64,000 bases of DNA from Torpedo marmorata (Eukaryota), in contig OZ360222.1 in NCBI GenBank assembly GCA_977017645.1, positions 209,374,001 through 209,438,000 of the forward strand, written 5' to 3'. Below are positions 36,921 through 50,534 of this stretch, piece by piece. Under the pieces are notes generated by a model. The model saw only the letters and a list, made by a program, of their open reading frames with translations, did no database searches and had not been told where the DNA came from. A program made the translations under genes and the position numbers. Each line of letters opens with the position of its first letter. Within the stretch, counting starts at the first letter, position 1.

Positions 36921-39900
36921 CTTTCATAATGCTGTTTTCAGTTCTCCTCTGCAATTTAGAGGAATTCTCTTCCTATTTTCCAATGGTGATGTCCAGGAAA
37001 AAAAAAGGTAAAGTGAAGAAAAGGAAATTAAGACGTGTGGAAAAAGTGCAAGAGAAGTAGGCTGGCAGCATTTCCAGTCTCTGACTGGTGCCCTGCACAG
37101 TGCGGGGGAGGATGTTGGGTTCGCTTCAAGGTCTGCGCTCTGCATGAGTGATCAGCATCATTTCCATACTGTAATTACCTTCCCCTGATCCTCTCTCTTG
37201 ATTTTACTGCTATCTGGTAGAGGCGCATTGGGTGTGAGTAATTTAAGGCTGCATTAGATGTCAGAGCCCATGAAACAATCAGCCACCGAAGAAATATGGG
37301 TGCAGATAATAATTGATCAGTCCCATTAGCGGCAAGAGGCCTGTTATTTCCTGCTCGGGCCTCTCCGCAATGGTCCTTGTTGATTCTTTTAATGTAGATT
37401 TTTTCACTTGAGGGAGCAGCTGCCTCATTGAAGGTATAAGCTGCCAGCACTGCACATGCAGAACGGCAGTGTATTATAACAAGACAATCTCCTGCCTGTC
37501 AGTAAAGGCAATGAGAATGAGAGAGCAGGCTTGCTGATGATCTGAGCAGGACGTGTTGCTCAAATACCATTACTATCCGATTTCACATAGAGAGCACAAT
37601 TTACATTTGATTCTGTGCTAAATTAATTTTGCTGTCATCGCAACCCCATGCTCTTTTACCCTCTCCCTATTTCCTTTTTTTCCTATTTTTTTAACTGATT
37701 CTTTTTTATCTCACTTTATTGCTTCGAGGGGGGAGGGTTAAAGTGAAAAGGAATGGGAAATAGATGATAATGGAAATTAAACTGCAGCCCATAAGTGAAT
37801 CCGATTTCATTGATTCAGATGTAACGACTATTAAAATGTGTCTAATCCCACACTGCGATGAGTTTCAATTTGGTCGTCGGATCATGCAGGATAAGTGACA
37901 ATGAATTCCATCCCCCCTCCCCCGCACCCCACCCCCATTGGAAGCCGACCACTATTGCTCCACAGTTGTACATATGAGAGAACTGTAGGGATATCTGATT
38001 GATGGAGCTTGAGCAGATTACAGAGAGAGTTCAGTGCTGAATTCATTATTTCCATTGTAGCTAGAGGTGAGAGTGGAATAATGTTTTCTTGCTCCCTTTT
38101 CATATCCTTCCAGATGGGTTTGTTGTCCTGGCTTGGGCATTGAACCTACAGGTGCTCTCCCCCCTCCCCCACCCTAGGCAAGCTCCCATTCCTTGTGTGT
38201 GAGTTCACCACCAAGGCTCTACAATTCCCTTGTTTCTCTTTGTGTTAAAAAAAAGGGATCTGACCAAGAAATTGGGGATTGAACCAAGGATGGTGAGCCA
38301 CCCAGCCTTGCCCCTTTTCTCCCTCACTCTCTCTCTCTCTGCCTCTCACTGCCAACTCCTTACAGCCCCATCCACATATAGGTCAACACAAGAAGACAAC
38401 AGAGATTTATTTTACAAGGCAGAAGAGTCGGTGGCAGGAACCTGGACAATTCTAAAGTCTGGGCTTCTGAGACCGAAACAGAAAATGGCCATTTATAAAA
38501 AAAAAGTAATTGTTTAATATGGTTTTGAAGATCTTCAGGCTGCAGCAGGGCCCTGGTCAGATCCTCATTTTCCAGCTGATGTGTGTGCTCTGAAGAGGGT
38601 AAATGGCTGCAAAGGAATGTTTGAAATCAAATGAACTTTTGAATTGGGTTACAGCCAAATGACAACAATGATCATGACCAGTGGCTACCCAACTCTTGTG
38701 AGTGGTCTATCCTGGGAAAGGTGATGCACCAGACCATGTCCTCATCCAGTTCCTTCACTGTAGAAGAGGCAGGAGCCCAGCTGACAATTCCTCACCAGTA
38801 TCTGGGACTTCTGGGCCAAGTACAGCCAAGAGTTGAAACTGAACTCATCATAGACCACTGAGTGATGTTTCATTCCCTTTCATTATGTTGCTCGATTATT
38901 AGGTTAAAGTACTGACAACGTCAGCAGTCTTTCCTTCCATCTGCTCTTGCACATGGATATGTGAAAATAGTCAAGATTAGTGTGACTGGATCACTGTTCG
39001 AGCAAGGTGACGGAGACTCAATGAGCCAAACATTCTTATGATCTGCACTGTTTTGTGACCCCCTGATTCTGTAAGGTGTGACGTTGAGTTCAGGAGTACA
39101 GACTTGCAGTTGACATGATTACATTCTTGGTCATGCCAACAGGAGGCTACTGCTGAAAATGGTCCCTCCCCGGGATGGATCTGCTTGTTGGTTTGCAGAA
39201 AACAGTGGTCCCACAGTCCCTGATTTCTCACATATTTGTTCAAATGAATACGAGTGTTTTTCTGTGCTCAGTGTTCCCTATTAGTAAATAATTTCTGTGT
39301 TCTAGTGAGAACGGTTCCAAAGCAGATCCAAACCTCATTGGGCATCCAGTGACTACTACCTGTAGCTCAGCATCATGCTGGGCACCAAGACCATTGCTGA
39401 GAACACTAAGAAAACAAAGAAAGCCTTTTTACAGAAGGTTGTCATGACAGGTGATCATCTGTGTTGATGAAAGTTAGGGAATGGTCGATGATGTTGATTA
39501 TGCCACAGATTACAAGAGAGTTCCTTCATTCCAAACTATTGGGACTACTCACACCACCAGGGCAAGCTCTGCTGCACTCAAATCCTAATGATGACGAGGG
39601 ACAATAGGAGTTTGCAGCAGTTTGGAGCAGAATGTGTGGGGATGGAGCGATGGAGAGCAATGCCTCTTCTGTTCATCTAATTACTCCTGAGGCTACTCAT
39701 TCGCTTTTGAACTTCACTCATTCTCTTTATCTCATAGAACCATAGAACACTACAGCACAGAAAACAGGCCATTTGGCCCTTGTAGTCTGTGCCGAAAACA
39801 GTCTCACGTAAATACTAAAGACAATCAGACTTGATCTGTTCAAGAAAGCCATGTGCCTTAGTTCGATTTTAAGTATTTTGAACTAATCAACAACCGGAAT

Positions 39901-40094
39901 GAAACAGAGAACTGAATGGTTATACCCAGTGCTTCAATAATGCTTCATATATGGGAATTGGAAAACAGAGGATAAAGAGTCTGGAATCAAAGGAAATGCT
40001 ATTTATAAAAACAGGGAATTCTGAGCAGAATTTCCATGTTGAAGGAGCCTGGGATTTCTTTTAAAACACAAAATTTAGGCAAATGCTGTTTCTA

Positions 40095-40355
40095 TAGATA
40101 GAAAATAGAACAGGACAGGAACAGACCCTTCAGCCACTTGTCTGCACCGAACATGATGCCCAATTTAAACTAAAAACATTGCTGCTTGCACATGATACAT
40201 ATCCCTCTATTCCCTGCATATTCATGTGACAGTCAAGAAGCCTCTTAAATGCTACTGTTGTGTCTGCTTCCACCACTAACCCTGGCAGCCCATTCCAGGC
40301 GCCCACCACTCTGTAAAAATCTTGCCCTGCACATCTCCTTTAAGCTTTTCCTCCA
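40095..40355 (-). mobile_element. CR1 3' end fragment (a shorter tail is at 39733-39796)
   Basis: TTCCAGGCGCCCACCACTCTGTAAAAATCTTGCCCTGCACATCTCC. Confidence 0.75.
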
Positions 40356-42599
40356 AATGTGGTTGGAACTTAGGAAACATATTTTGGAGGTGTTTTATAA
40401 AAACAAAGACATGAAAGGCAAATATCAGAGACAAGGCCGGGGCAAGTATTCCGAGAATATCTCCCGAACTACCGAACAAATCATTTTAATCATGCCTTTA
40501 CGACTTTAAATGTGGGCCCACAATTCTGTGATGATGCTTCATATCCATCCCTGGGAACAGTTGATACTTCACCTGGGTTTCATTCCAGCAAGCACTTTAG
40601 TGGAGGAAGCAAGACTGAGCCTAGGAGAGCTAACCTGAGACTGCCCTTCGTCCAGACAGAAAAATGCTCTCAATGCCTTTCCCTCATCATCCCCTGTTCT
40701 GTCTTTTAACTTTCTAGTTCTATGACTTCATTAAGAGAATAAAAATGAACCTTCTATCTTCTGCGGCAACAGATACTAAATAAAGCAGAACCGTGAACTA
40801 ATCGGGTTATGTATTAAACATTAAACACGCTGTCTGCTGTGTACTTAACAGTAAAGGTCTATTAGAAATCTATTAGTGATGGTTAGAAGCACTGGCTGCT
40901 CATTACCCTCCTACTGACTACAGCAAACACACATTATTTGGGATTAAAGGCAGATTTAATGAGATTTAAACCTTTCTGGTTACCAATACCTGAATTTATT
41001 GATAACCAATTTATGAAATATTTACTGGTCTCAGAAGCCCCATAGCTGCCCTCAGATTTTCAGGTTATCCCATTAAAGATTTAAAAAACAGTACCTCTAG
41101 GTGGCCATTTGACCCATCAAATCAATGCATGCTCATTCAACGAAAAGTCAAGTTTCTCACACTCTTTCTTCATATCCTACAATTTTCTTTTCAAGTTTAG
41201 ATCCAATTCTCGCTTTGACTGACTTTCTTTAAGGAGCACATTACCATGATGACTCAACCTGTAACATTTTCTGTAAACTTTTTTACATTGTGTTTGTTTG
41301 CAACAGGTAACAGATTCTGCTGGCCTGCATGCTCACCTCCAAGTATCAATCACCAGGATCCCACAACCCCTCCGGTTGTCAGTGATCCATCACACTGTTG
41401 TTTGCGGGATTGTGCTATTTGCATATCGGCCAGAGTATTTCCTGCTTTCTACATTTTTAAAACTAGAATAAATACATGTGCACGATGCAGACATTATTAC
41501 AATTGCAAGTGCTTCTAAAAAGATTGAATGGTTCTGTTTGAGTGCAAGGAATTGGTGTGCATATAAAGGATGACCTACCCTGGACCCATAACACCTCCTC
41601 ATTAGTCAGGAAGGCACAACTGCACCTACATGTCCTAAAAAGGTTGAGGAGGGCAAGGCGACTGGACCCAACTTGACAACTTTTTACATGAGCACAATAG
41701 CTGACAAAGGGTCATTGGTACAATGATAAATGATAGGCATAGCCACCTGCAACCACCTCTGATGTCCAGACTGTGCTCTATTCTAACCTTCGGTCAGGTT
41801 TGCTGGGCACTGTCTTCACTAGAAAGCCCTCGAGCAAATAATATTTGGACTATAGTTGGAAAATGGAATACTTGTGACAGTAATCCTGGATGTTTGGAAT
41901 TTCCTGGTGCAAAATCCCTTGCTTGGAACCACCAGAGTGATCAGAAGCACAGAGTGATTGGAAAATCAAGTGTGTTCTTCGTTTTTTAATGTGCACTGTG
42001 TAGTGAATGATTAAGCGGTGCAGTTGGCAGTGCATATTCCTGTCTGAAAACTGTGAGCAAAATAGACACAATCAGAAGAAAATACAGTCCAGAGGCAGAC
42101 AATCATGCAAACAAGAGCTAATAAGTGATAACAAAGAGAGACAGACACAATTATATGTGGAATCAGACAGAAACAGCTAACAGCAAACATGACAGTCAGG
42201 AAAGAGATGCAGACAATTGCACAGGAAATAGCTGAGGAGCTGACACCATGAGAGGCAAGCACTCAGAGAGAGAGACTTAGACAAATCAAAGCAGAAAGTC
42301 ACATGCCCAATGACATCAAAATGATTTGACACAGACTGAGAAAGAGAGAGAGATAAAAATGAGTAACGGAGAAAATGAGAAAGTGTCAAAGGTCATGATG
42401 TTATCTGTCCCAATCAATTGTTAATTTAAAAAGACATTCGGCAGCACTTTGAATTTGATCAGAGCTGTAAAATGCATGATATCAGATTAACTGCCACTTA
42501 CATCCATCTTAACAGAGGGATAAGGATGATGGAGCAGCAACCTTAGGGATCAGAGGAGAATTGGATGGTCAAGACCAACAAGATGAATGCAACAGCATT

Positions 42600-43040
42600 G
42601 CAATACCCAAGTCCAGCGATGGAACCTGTCGATTTGCCTGTTGCTCAAGCATGTGCCAGTTTGGGATCTTGTCAATGCCAACTCATGAGATTCACATTGC
42701 ACCCATCAACAGGAAGATCTTTGAATAGTGAATGGACATGAAGAAGACCTTGCCCCACCAATGTATAACACATACAGTAGCTAATTCAACTTCTGCCTAG
42801 CAGTAGCAAGAAGTGCTTTTAATAGCTGATATCAAGTGTTTGTGACGTGGAAGACTGGCTTTTAATAACTTTATGAGATGTTCTGGGGCATATAGCCTAC
42901 TGTGCTGGACTTTCTAAAATGTATATGGAACAGCCCACTTATGATGAGATTCCATGTCTGCAAGGATCCTGAATAAGAGACTTGGCACAATTCATCCCCT
43001 AAGTGGCTGCTCAGGATGCTTCGGGTCAGCACAATGGACT
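42600..43040 (+). pseudogene. Possible Harbinger transposase relic
   Basis: Faint, collinear echoes of the (ID)xTH, INRK, MRF and HN motifs; very decayed. Confidence 0.3.
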
Positions 43041-43229
43041 AATTTTATTAACCAATCAATAGTTATCTAATTTTATTACAGAGGCTATCAGTTATTAGGA
43101 TGAGTACATCAGACATAATGCACTGCACCCAGAATATCAACAACCTTGTAACATGGAGCCTGTTTAGTTATTCTGGATACCCCAACCCACATACCTCGAG
43201 TGGCATACATACAGCATGGACAGGGTATT

Positions 43230-44100
43230 TCACAGTGAGTGTATATCAAAGAATGAAATGTGAGAGATAGAAGAGAACGTGCGAGTGTGAATGACGTGGG
43301 GCTTGACCCAGAGTGACCAGAGTCAATTGTTCCAGAGGGGTGCCAAGGTTGTGGGCATGGAACATATTAGTCTGTTAGATTGAGGATTATGGGATATGGA
43401 AGGGCGTGGAGCTATAAAAGAGTGTCAGAATAAAAGATGAGAAATTCATGTATATCAGAATGTAATAAAATGGGTAAAGATTATGGAGCATATCAGAAAG
43501 TGTTAGATTGGGAAAAATGGGATACATCAGAGAATTATTTCATAGAGGGTGTGGGATACAAAATGGTTGGTGTGCAGGGTGTGGGAAATATTAAACAATG
43601 TCCTAAAGTTAAAAAAAACTACCTGATATAATGGACTGAATGAAAGGAGTGGGATAAATTGGAATATTAGAGAAGGAGTGTGAAATATTAATGTTAGAGT
43701 AAAGGGTGTGATTATATCAGAGTGTGATAATGATGATGGGATATATCATGGTGCGAGACTAGAGTGAAGTATGGGATATATTAAAGAGTGTTTAGAGTGA
43801 AGGGCTTGGGGTGCACCATTAAAGTAAAGAGTATGTGATATTATCAGAATATTTAAAAGAGGGTTGTGGGGAATATCTAGCAGTGTTACAGTTGGTATTG
43901 TAGGGCACATCAGAGAATGTTACAGTATGTCAAAGAGTGTTACAATGTTGGATGCAGGATGTATCAGATGTTACAGTAGGAGGAGTGGATTTGTCAGACA
44001 GGATCATGAGTGCATTGGACAGGGTTATAGTGAGTAGAGTATCAAAAATTGAACTGTGAAGGGATGTAGGGTTTCTAAAAGAGTTGTTAGAATCATTGAT
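43230..44100. repeat. Degenerate ~30-35-bp tandem repeat array
   Basis: Repeated variants of GGGATATATCAGAGTGTGTTAGAGTGAAGGGTGT. Confidence 0.65.
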
Positions 44101-44789
44101 TGTGTAGGACAGATCAGGGGAGGGTGGAGGTTGACCTGAAAGTATTCATCCACTGCAAACTCTTCTTGATTTTGCATTCCTTTGAACAAATGAAGTTCCG
44201 GGAATGTGGAGCCATAGCAATTGCTCCAGGGGACACATCAGAAGACAACCCAATATATTCTAATTGTCTCTTGCTTCTGCAGAGTCTGAACACAGTAAAG
44301 TGTTTAAAACCAGTTGCTAAGTTAGAAATATAGGGTTGCCAACCATCCACTTCTCAAACTGACGCCACCCCCTTGTGGCAAAGATGCTGGAAACAGCTGG
44401 CTGATGTATTCTTTAGTAATCCACTGGTATATTGAGCAGATTCATTAACCAGCAGTTTTCCAGGAACAGAGACCAAAAATCCATTGGCGTCTGTGCTTGC
44501 TAAACAATTCAAAATAACGTAAATTTTGTTTCAAGGGGAAGGGCGGTCCCAACAGTTCTTGATGAAGAGCAGTGGAATTTTTCTTTGGTGTCCAAGGCAA
44601 AATTTATCCATCAAAACAGATGATACATTCATCAGCACATCCCAGGTTGTGAGATCTTGCTGTTCCCATATTGGCTTCCACTTTTCCATGCTATATCCAT
44701 GATTATTGTGGTTTGGTTGTAAGATGCTTGAGGATAACTGGCAGAGCTGCTCCTTCACAGTTCCAGCCACCTGGTTTCTATTATAACTT

Positions 44790-45045
44790 TGTGGAGTTGG
44801 CCCATTCATCCTGTGATAGTATGGGTTTCCTCCAGGTGCTCTGATTTCTTCACACATTCCCAAAGACTTGTGAGTGAGTAGCTTAGTTGGCCACTGTTCA
44901 TTGCGCCAGTGTAGGCGGTGATGGAATCTGGAGGGAGGTGATGAGACAGTGGGGAAACAGGTCACTGGGAAAATTGGTCAGGTATTGGGATGGCTTCATG
45001 AGCTGAATGTAGACTTGATGGGCCCAACAACCCCCTTTTATATTG
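44790..45045 (+). mobile_element. Older V-type SINE
   Basis: GGGTTTCCTCCAGGTGCTCTGATTTCTTCACACATTCCCAAAGAC. Confidence 0.65.
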
Positions 45046-45314
45046 TAAGGCAAGAAGAGGAAGGTCATTGTCCAACAAGTCTACGTTCAGCTCACAAACA
45101 AATCCCAATAAAAAGGCATTTGAGAAATTCAAGTCTTGTTTGGAAGGCACCGACCGCTCAGATACTGTTGGATAAATATTAAGGACATGACCTGGCCTCA
45201 AGCTTTTTTCAGACAAAGTGACAACTGCTGTAACTGAGACCTAACAATTGACTCCAGCTACAACACGACCTGCCCTCATGCTTTGAGGAACTCCACACCT
45301 GGGAACCCTTTGGG

Positions 45315-45644
45315 TTTCAGTTCCAGTCGAGGGAGAGTCAGAGGAGGAGGAGCGACTGGTGTTTGGTGAGTGCTAGATTTTCAGGAGTTTAAAAAGGGTG
45401 CGCAGTTGGGACTCGGGCCTTTTCAGTTTCAGTTCCAGTCGAGGGAGAGTCGGAGGAGGAGGAGGAGGAGGAGGAGGAGGAGGAGCGACTGGTGGTTGGT
45501 GAGTGCTAGATTTTCGGGAGTTTAAAAAGGGCGCACAGTTGGGACTCGGGCCTTTTCAGTTTCAGTTCCAGTCGAGGGAGAGTCGGAGGAGGAGGAGCGA
45601 CTGGTGGTTGGTGAGTGCTAGATTTTCGGGAGTTTAAAAAGGGC
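45315..45644 (+). repeat. Tandem ~112-133-bp monomers (about 2.7 copies) at the CR1 5' end
   Basis: Units start at 45315, 45427 and 45560: TTTCAGTTCCAGTCGAGGGAGAGTC-(GAG)n-CGACTGG...TTTAAAAAGGG. Confidence 0.9.
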
Positions 45645-45862
45645 ATGGAGGGCAAAGGGTTAAGTTAAGGGTTGATTTGTAGGAGTGAGAAATTGGGTCA
45701 TTGATTCGATTGGCAGGGACTAATAAAAGGAGGGGAAGCTAAGGGAGCGGCCAGCGAGGAGTGGCACAGGGAAGGAGTGGAGCACTGAGGCTTTGGTGCA
45801 GAGAGGTTGAGGCACTTTAAAAGGGGTAAGTTTCTTCTTTCTAATTTGACCACGTTTCAGAC

Positions 45863-46802
45863 ATGGCAGGTGAGCTCCAACCCGTGTCATGTTCCTCCTG
45901 TGCCATGTGGGAACTCAGGACGACTGATAGTGTCCCTGAGGTTTACGTGTGCACAAAGTGCGTACAGCTACAACTGCTGATAGACCGCATGACGGCACTG
46001 GAGCTGCGGATGGACTCACTTTGGAGCATCCGGGATGCGGAGATGATGGTGGATAGGACATTTAGTGAGTTGGTCACGCCGCAGTTTAAGAGAGCAGAAG
46101 TAGATAAGGACTGGATGACCAGCAGCAAGAGCAGAAACAGAAAGGTAGTGCAGGAGTCTCCTGTGGTCATCACACTCCATAACTGATATACCGCTTTAGA
46201 TATGGTTGGGGGAGATGGCCCACCAGGAGTAGAAGCCAGGATCATGGCTCTGTGAGTGGCTCAGCTATGAAAGAGGGAAGGAAAAAGACAGGTAGAGCAA
46301 TAGTTATAGGGGACTCTATGGTGAGAGGAACAGACAGGAGCTTCTGCGGCCGCAAAAAGGACTCCCGGATGGTGTGCTGCCTCCCGAGTGCAAGGGTCAA
46401 GGATGTCTCAGAGCAGCTGCAGGACATTCTGGAAGGAGAGGGTGAACAGCCAGCTGTCGTGGTCCATATTGGTACCAACGATATAGGAAAAATGAGAGAT
46501 GAGCTGCTACAAGCTGAATTTAGGGAGCTAGGAAATAGATTAAGGAGTAGGACCTCAAAAGTAATAATCTCAGGATTATTACCTGTACCACGAGCTAGTG
46601 AGAATACAAATAACAGAATTGTCAGAATGAATATGTGGCTTGAAAAGTGGTGCTGGAGGGAAGGTTTCAGTTTCTTGAAACATTGGAACCGGTTCTGGGG
46701 CAGATGGACCAATACAGGCCAGACGGTCTACATCTGGGCAGGGGTGGGATAAATGTACTTGGGAGTTCTTTTGCTAGTGCTGTTGGGGAAGGTTTAAACT
46801 AG
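45863..46802 (+). pseudogene. CR1 ORF1: N-terminal zinc finger plus SGNH/GDSL esterase domain, disrupted
   Basis: CSSC...CTKC; IVIGDSMVRG, VVHIGTND; stop at 46184-46186 and frameshifts. Confidence 0.85.
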
Positions 46803-46948
46803 TGGAGCAGGGGAATGGGAACCTACACAGAAAAAACGAAGAAGGTGGTACAGAGACCAAAGAAAGTGTTAGGAAAAAGACAAAGAAAAATAGAGGGCAG
46901 AAAAATCAAAAGCAAAGGATACAGAAGTCATTAGATTCTAAAAGATCA

Positions 46949-49749
46949 ATGAGCATAAGAGCGCTTTATCTAAATGCCCGCAGTATTAGAAACAAGGTTA
47001 GTGAACTTGAGGTGCAAATCGGTACCCAGGCATATGATTTAGTGGCCATCACAGAAACAAGGCCACAAGATAACCATGATTGGGAATTAAACTTTCAAGG
47101 GTATCAGGTAGTACAAAAGGATAGACAGGACGGTAAGGGAGGAGGTGTAGCGCTCTTAATCAAGGATGAGTTCAAGGCAATAGTGAGAGATGATATAAGA
47201 TCTAATGAACATAATGTTGAGTCCATCTGGGTGGAGATTAAAAATAACAAAAGGAAAAAAATCACTGGTAGGTGTTGTCTATCGCCCACCAAATAACAAT
47301 AGTACAGTGGCACAGACAATAAACAGAGAGATAAGTGAGGCATGTAAGAATGGAACGGCAGTTGTCGTGGGGGACTTTAACTACTACATAGATTGGGAAA
47401 ATCAAGTTGGTCGCGGGAGTCTGGAAGAAGACTTCATAGAATGCATCCGTGATAGCTTTCTTGAGCAGCACGTTAAGGAACCAACAAGAGTGAATGCTAT
47501 TTTGGATCTAGTATTGTGCAATGAGATAGGTAAAGTAAATGATGTAATAGTTAGGGACCCTCTTGGAAACAGCGATCATAGTATGATTGAATTTCTCATA
47601 CAGATGGAGGGGGAAATAGTTAGATCTAAAACTAATGTATTATGCTTAAACAGGGGAGACTATCACAGGATGAGGGAGGAATTGGTCAGCGTGGACTGGG
47701 AGCACAGGCTAGTTGGTAGAACAGTTGAGGAACAGTGGAAGATTTTCAAGATTTTTCACAATGCTCAACAAAAATATATTCCAGTTAAGAATAAGGGCAG
47801 CAAGAGAGGGAAGAGTCAGCTGTGGTTAACTAAGGAAATAAAGGAGAGTATAAAATTAAAAGCTCAGGTGTACAAAGTTGCAAAGAGTAGTGGGAAACTG
47901 GAAGATTGGGAAAACTTTAAAAGACAACAAGGGACAACAAAGCGGGTAATAAGAAAGGGGAGAAAGGATTATGAAGGTAAATTGGCAAAAAATATAAAAA
48001 CAGATAGTAAAAATTTTTATAAATATATAAAACGGAAGAGGGTGGCTAGAGTTAACATAGGACCCTTGGAAGATGAGAAGGGGAAATTGATATTGAATAA
48101 TGAGGAAATGGCCGAGGCCTTGAACAAATAATTTGTGTCAGTCTTCACGGTGGAAGACACGTCCAGCATGCCAAAGAGTGGAGATAGGGATGCTAATGTT
48201 GGTGAAGGCCTTGATAAAATAGTTGTCACAAAGGAGATAGTGATGAACAAACTAATGGGACTAAAGCCGGACAAATCCCCTGGTCCTGATGAAATGCATC
48301 CCAGGGTTCTGAGGGAAATGGCAGACGTTATAGTCGATGCATTGGTGGTAATATACCAAAATTCTCTAGATTCTGGGCAGGTCCCGGCAGATTGGAGGAC
48401 AGCAAATGTCGCGCCACTTTTTAAGAAGGGATGTAGGCAGAAGACTGGGAACTATCGGCCAATTAGCTTAACGTATGTAGTTGGGAAAATGCTTGAAGCT
48501 GTCATTAAGGATGAAATAGTGAGACATTTAGAACGAAGGGGTTCAATCAGGCAGACGCAGCATGGGTTTAGGAAGGGCAGATCTTGTTTGACAAACTTGT
48601 TAGAGTTCTTTGAGGACATAATGGGTGTGGTAGATAGAGGGGAACAGGTTGATGTTGTATATTTGGATTTCCAGAAAGCATTTTGATAAAGTGCCGCACA
48701 AGAGACTTATCATTAAATTACAGGTGAATGGAGTCCAGGGAAGTATATTGGCATGGTCTGACAGGAGGCAGAGAGTCGGGATAAATGGGTGTTTTTCTGA
48801 TTGGCAGACAGTGGTAAGTGGGGTGCCGCAGGGGTCGGTGCTGGGCCCACAACTGTTCATCATTTACATTGATGATTTGAGGAGGGGACAAAATGTGGTG
48901 TAGCCAAGTTTGCGGATGATACTAAATTGAGTGAAAGAGCAAATTGTACTGAGGATGTGGAGAGGCTGCAGAGGGATATTTAGTTAAGTTAGGTGAGTGG
49001 GCAAAGTCTGGCAGATGGAGTACAATGTTAGTAAGTGCGAGGTTATCCACTTTGGCAAGAAAAATAAAAGAGCAGAGTATTATTTAAATGGTGAAAATTT
49101 GCAGCATGCTGTTGTGCAGAAGGACTTGGGAGTGCTTGTGCACAAATCACAAAAAGTTGGGTTGCAGGTGTAGCAGGCTATTAAGAAGGCAAATGGAATG
49201 TTGGCCTTCATCGCTAGAGGAATTGAATTCAGGAGCAAGGAGGTAATGTTGCAACTGTACAAGGTACTGGTGAGACCGCACCTGGAGTACTGTGTGCAGT
49301 TCTGGTCTCCATATTTGAGGAAGGATATACTGTCCTTGGAGGCAGTCCAGAGGAGGTTTACTAGGTTGATCCCTGAGATGAAGGGGTTGACTTATGATGA
49401 AAGATTAAATCGTCTGGGATTATACTCGCTCGAGTTCAGAAGAATGAGAGGAGATCTTATAGAAACATATAGAATTATGAAGGGGATGGATAGGATAGAG
49501 GTAGGAAGGTTTTTTTCACTGGCGGGTGAGACCAAAACTAGGGGACACAGCCTCAAGATTCAGGGGAGTAGATTTAGGACAGAGATGAGAAAAAACAGTT
49601 TTTCCCAGAGAGTGGTGAATTTGTGGAATTCTCTACCCAGGGAAGCGGTTGAGGCTGCTTCAATGAACATATTTAAGGTTCAGTTGGATAGATTTTTACA
49701 TAAAAAAGGAATTAGGGGATATGGGGAAAGGGCAGGTAGGTGGAGTTAG
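46949..49749 (+). pseudogene. CR1 ORF2 (APE endonuclease plus RT), disrupted
   Basis: [59 protein letters not shown]; several stops and frameshifts. Confidence 0.92.
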
Positions 49750-50293
49750 GTCATTGATCAGATCAGCCATGATCTTATTGAATGGCGGAGCAGGCTCGAT
49801 GGTCCGGTTGGCCTACTCCTGTTCCTAATTTCTTATGTTCTTATGATGCCTTTGAGCTTCATTATGAATTCTGAGTAACCTGAACTTGGACCTACACAGA
49901 AGCATCACATTTATTGTGTGGAGACCCAATGTATGGTGACTAATTGGAGCCTGCAACCTGCAGTGTGAAAGATCTCAAGATCAGTTCCATGAGAAATTTC
50001 CCAGGCATGCACATCAATGAACCAAAATAATGTTTGTAATGAAACAATAAAGGTCCCCTCAGGATTCTGATTGGTTGCTATTGTAACTTCTAATGCATCC
50101 GAAGCTAGTCCTTAGGCTTCAGGCTTGGCCACTGCTTGGGCTCAAACACACAGCTCAATTGTTCTCCAAACTGCATGGTCATGGTTAAATTTACTCATGT
50201 TTTAGACAGAAACAGCCAACTATGATTTTAAAGGAATTAACGAACAGTCACTTGGTGCCTTGGATGTATGTTTTTATTCAGGGCTGTTTCGCA

Positions 50294-50534
50294 AGCCCTT
50301 TTTACACTGAAAATCTGCGTTATTACCGAATACACAACCCGTCTCTGGAAGCTGGCTTGCTTGTTCACACAGAACCGAAAAAAGCCGGCTCCGTGAGTCA
50401 AATACGCTCCACCGCTGAGACTACCTACCTAGGTGATCGAAGAGAGATAAGTCCGGACTCCCCAATCCACCTTGCGATTCTTTCACACAGCACTCGAAAG
50501 GCAGATAAAACCCGGCTTTTGTGTAAAAGTGGCT
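50294..50534. mobile_element. Putative PIF/Harbinger-type MITE
   Basis: Terminal inverted repeats AGCCCTTTTTACAC ... GTGTAAAAGTGGCT around a CpG-rich 241-bp body; TSD not clean. Confidence 0.55.

Larger units (their letters stand above)
45315..49846 (+). mobile_element. Near full-length CR1 LINE: tandem 5' monomers, ORF1, ORF2, 3' tail
   Basis: ORF1 and ORF2 remnants in order; tail ends (TTCTTATG)2. Confidence 0.93.

Noticed and set aside
45315-45644. CRISPR-like or host-promoter reading of the tandem units
   Set aside because: Eukaryotic context, no unique spacers, and contiguous with the CR1 5' UTR.
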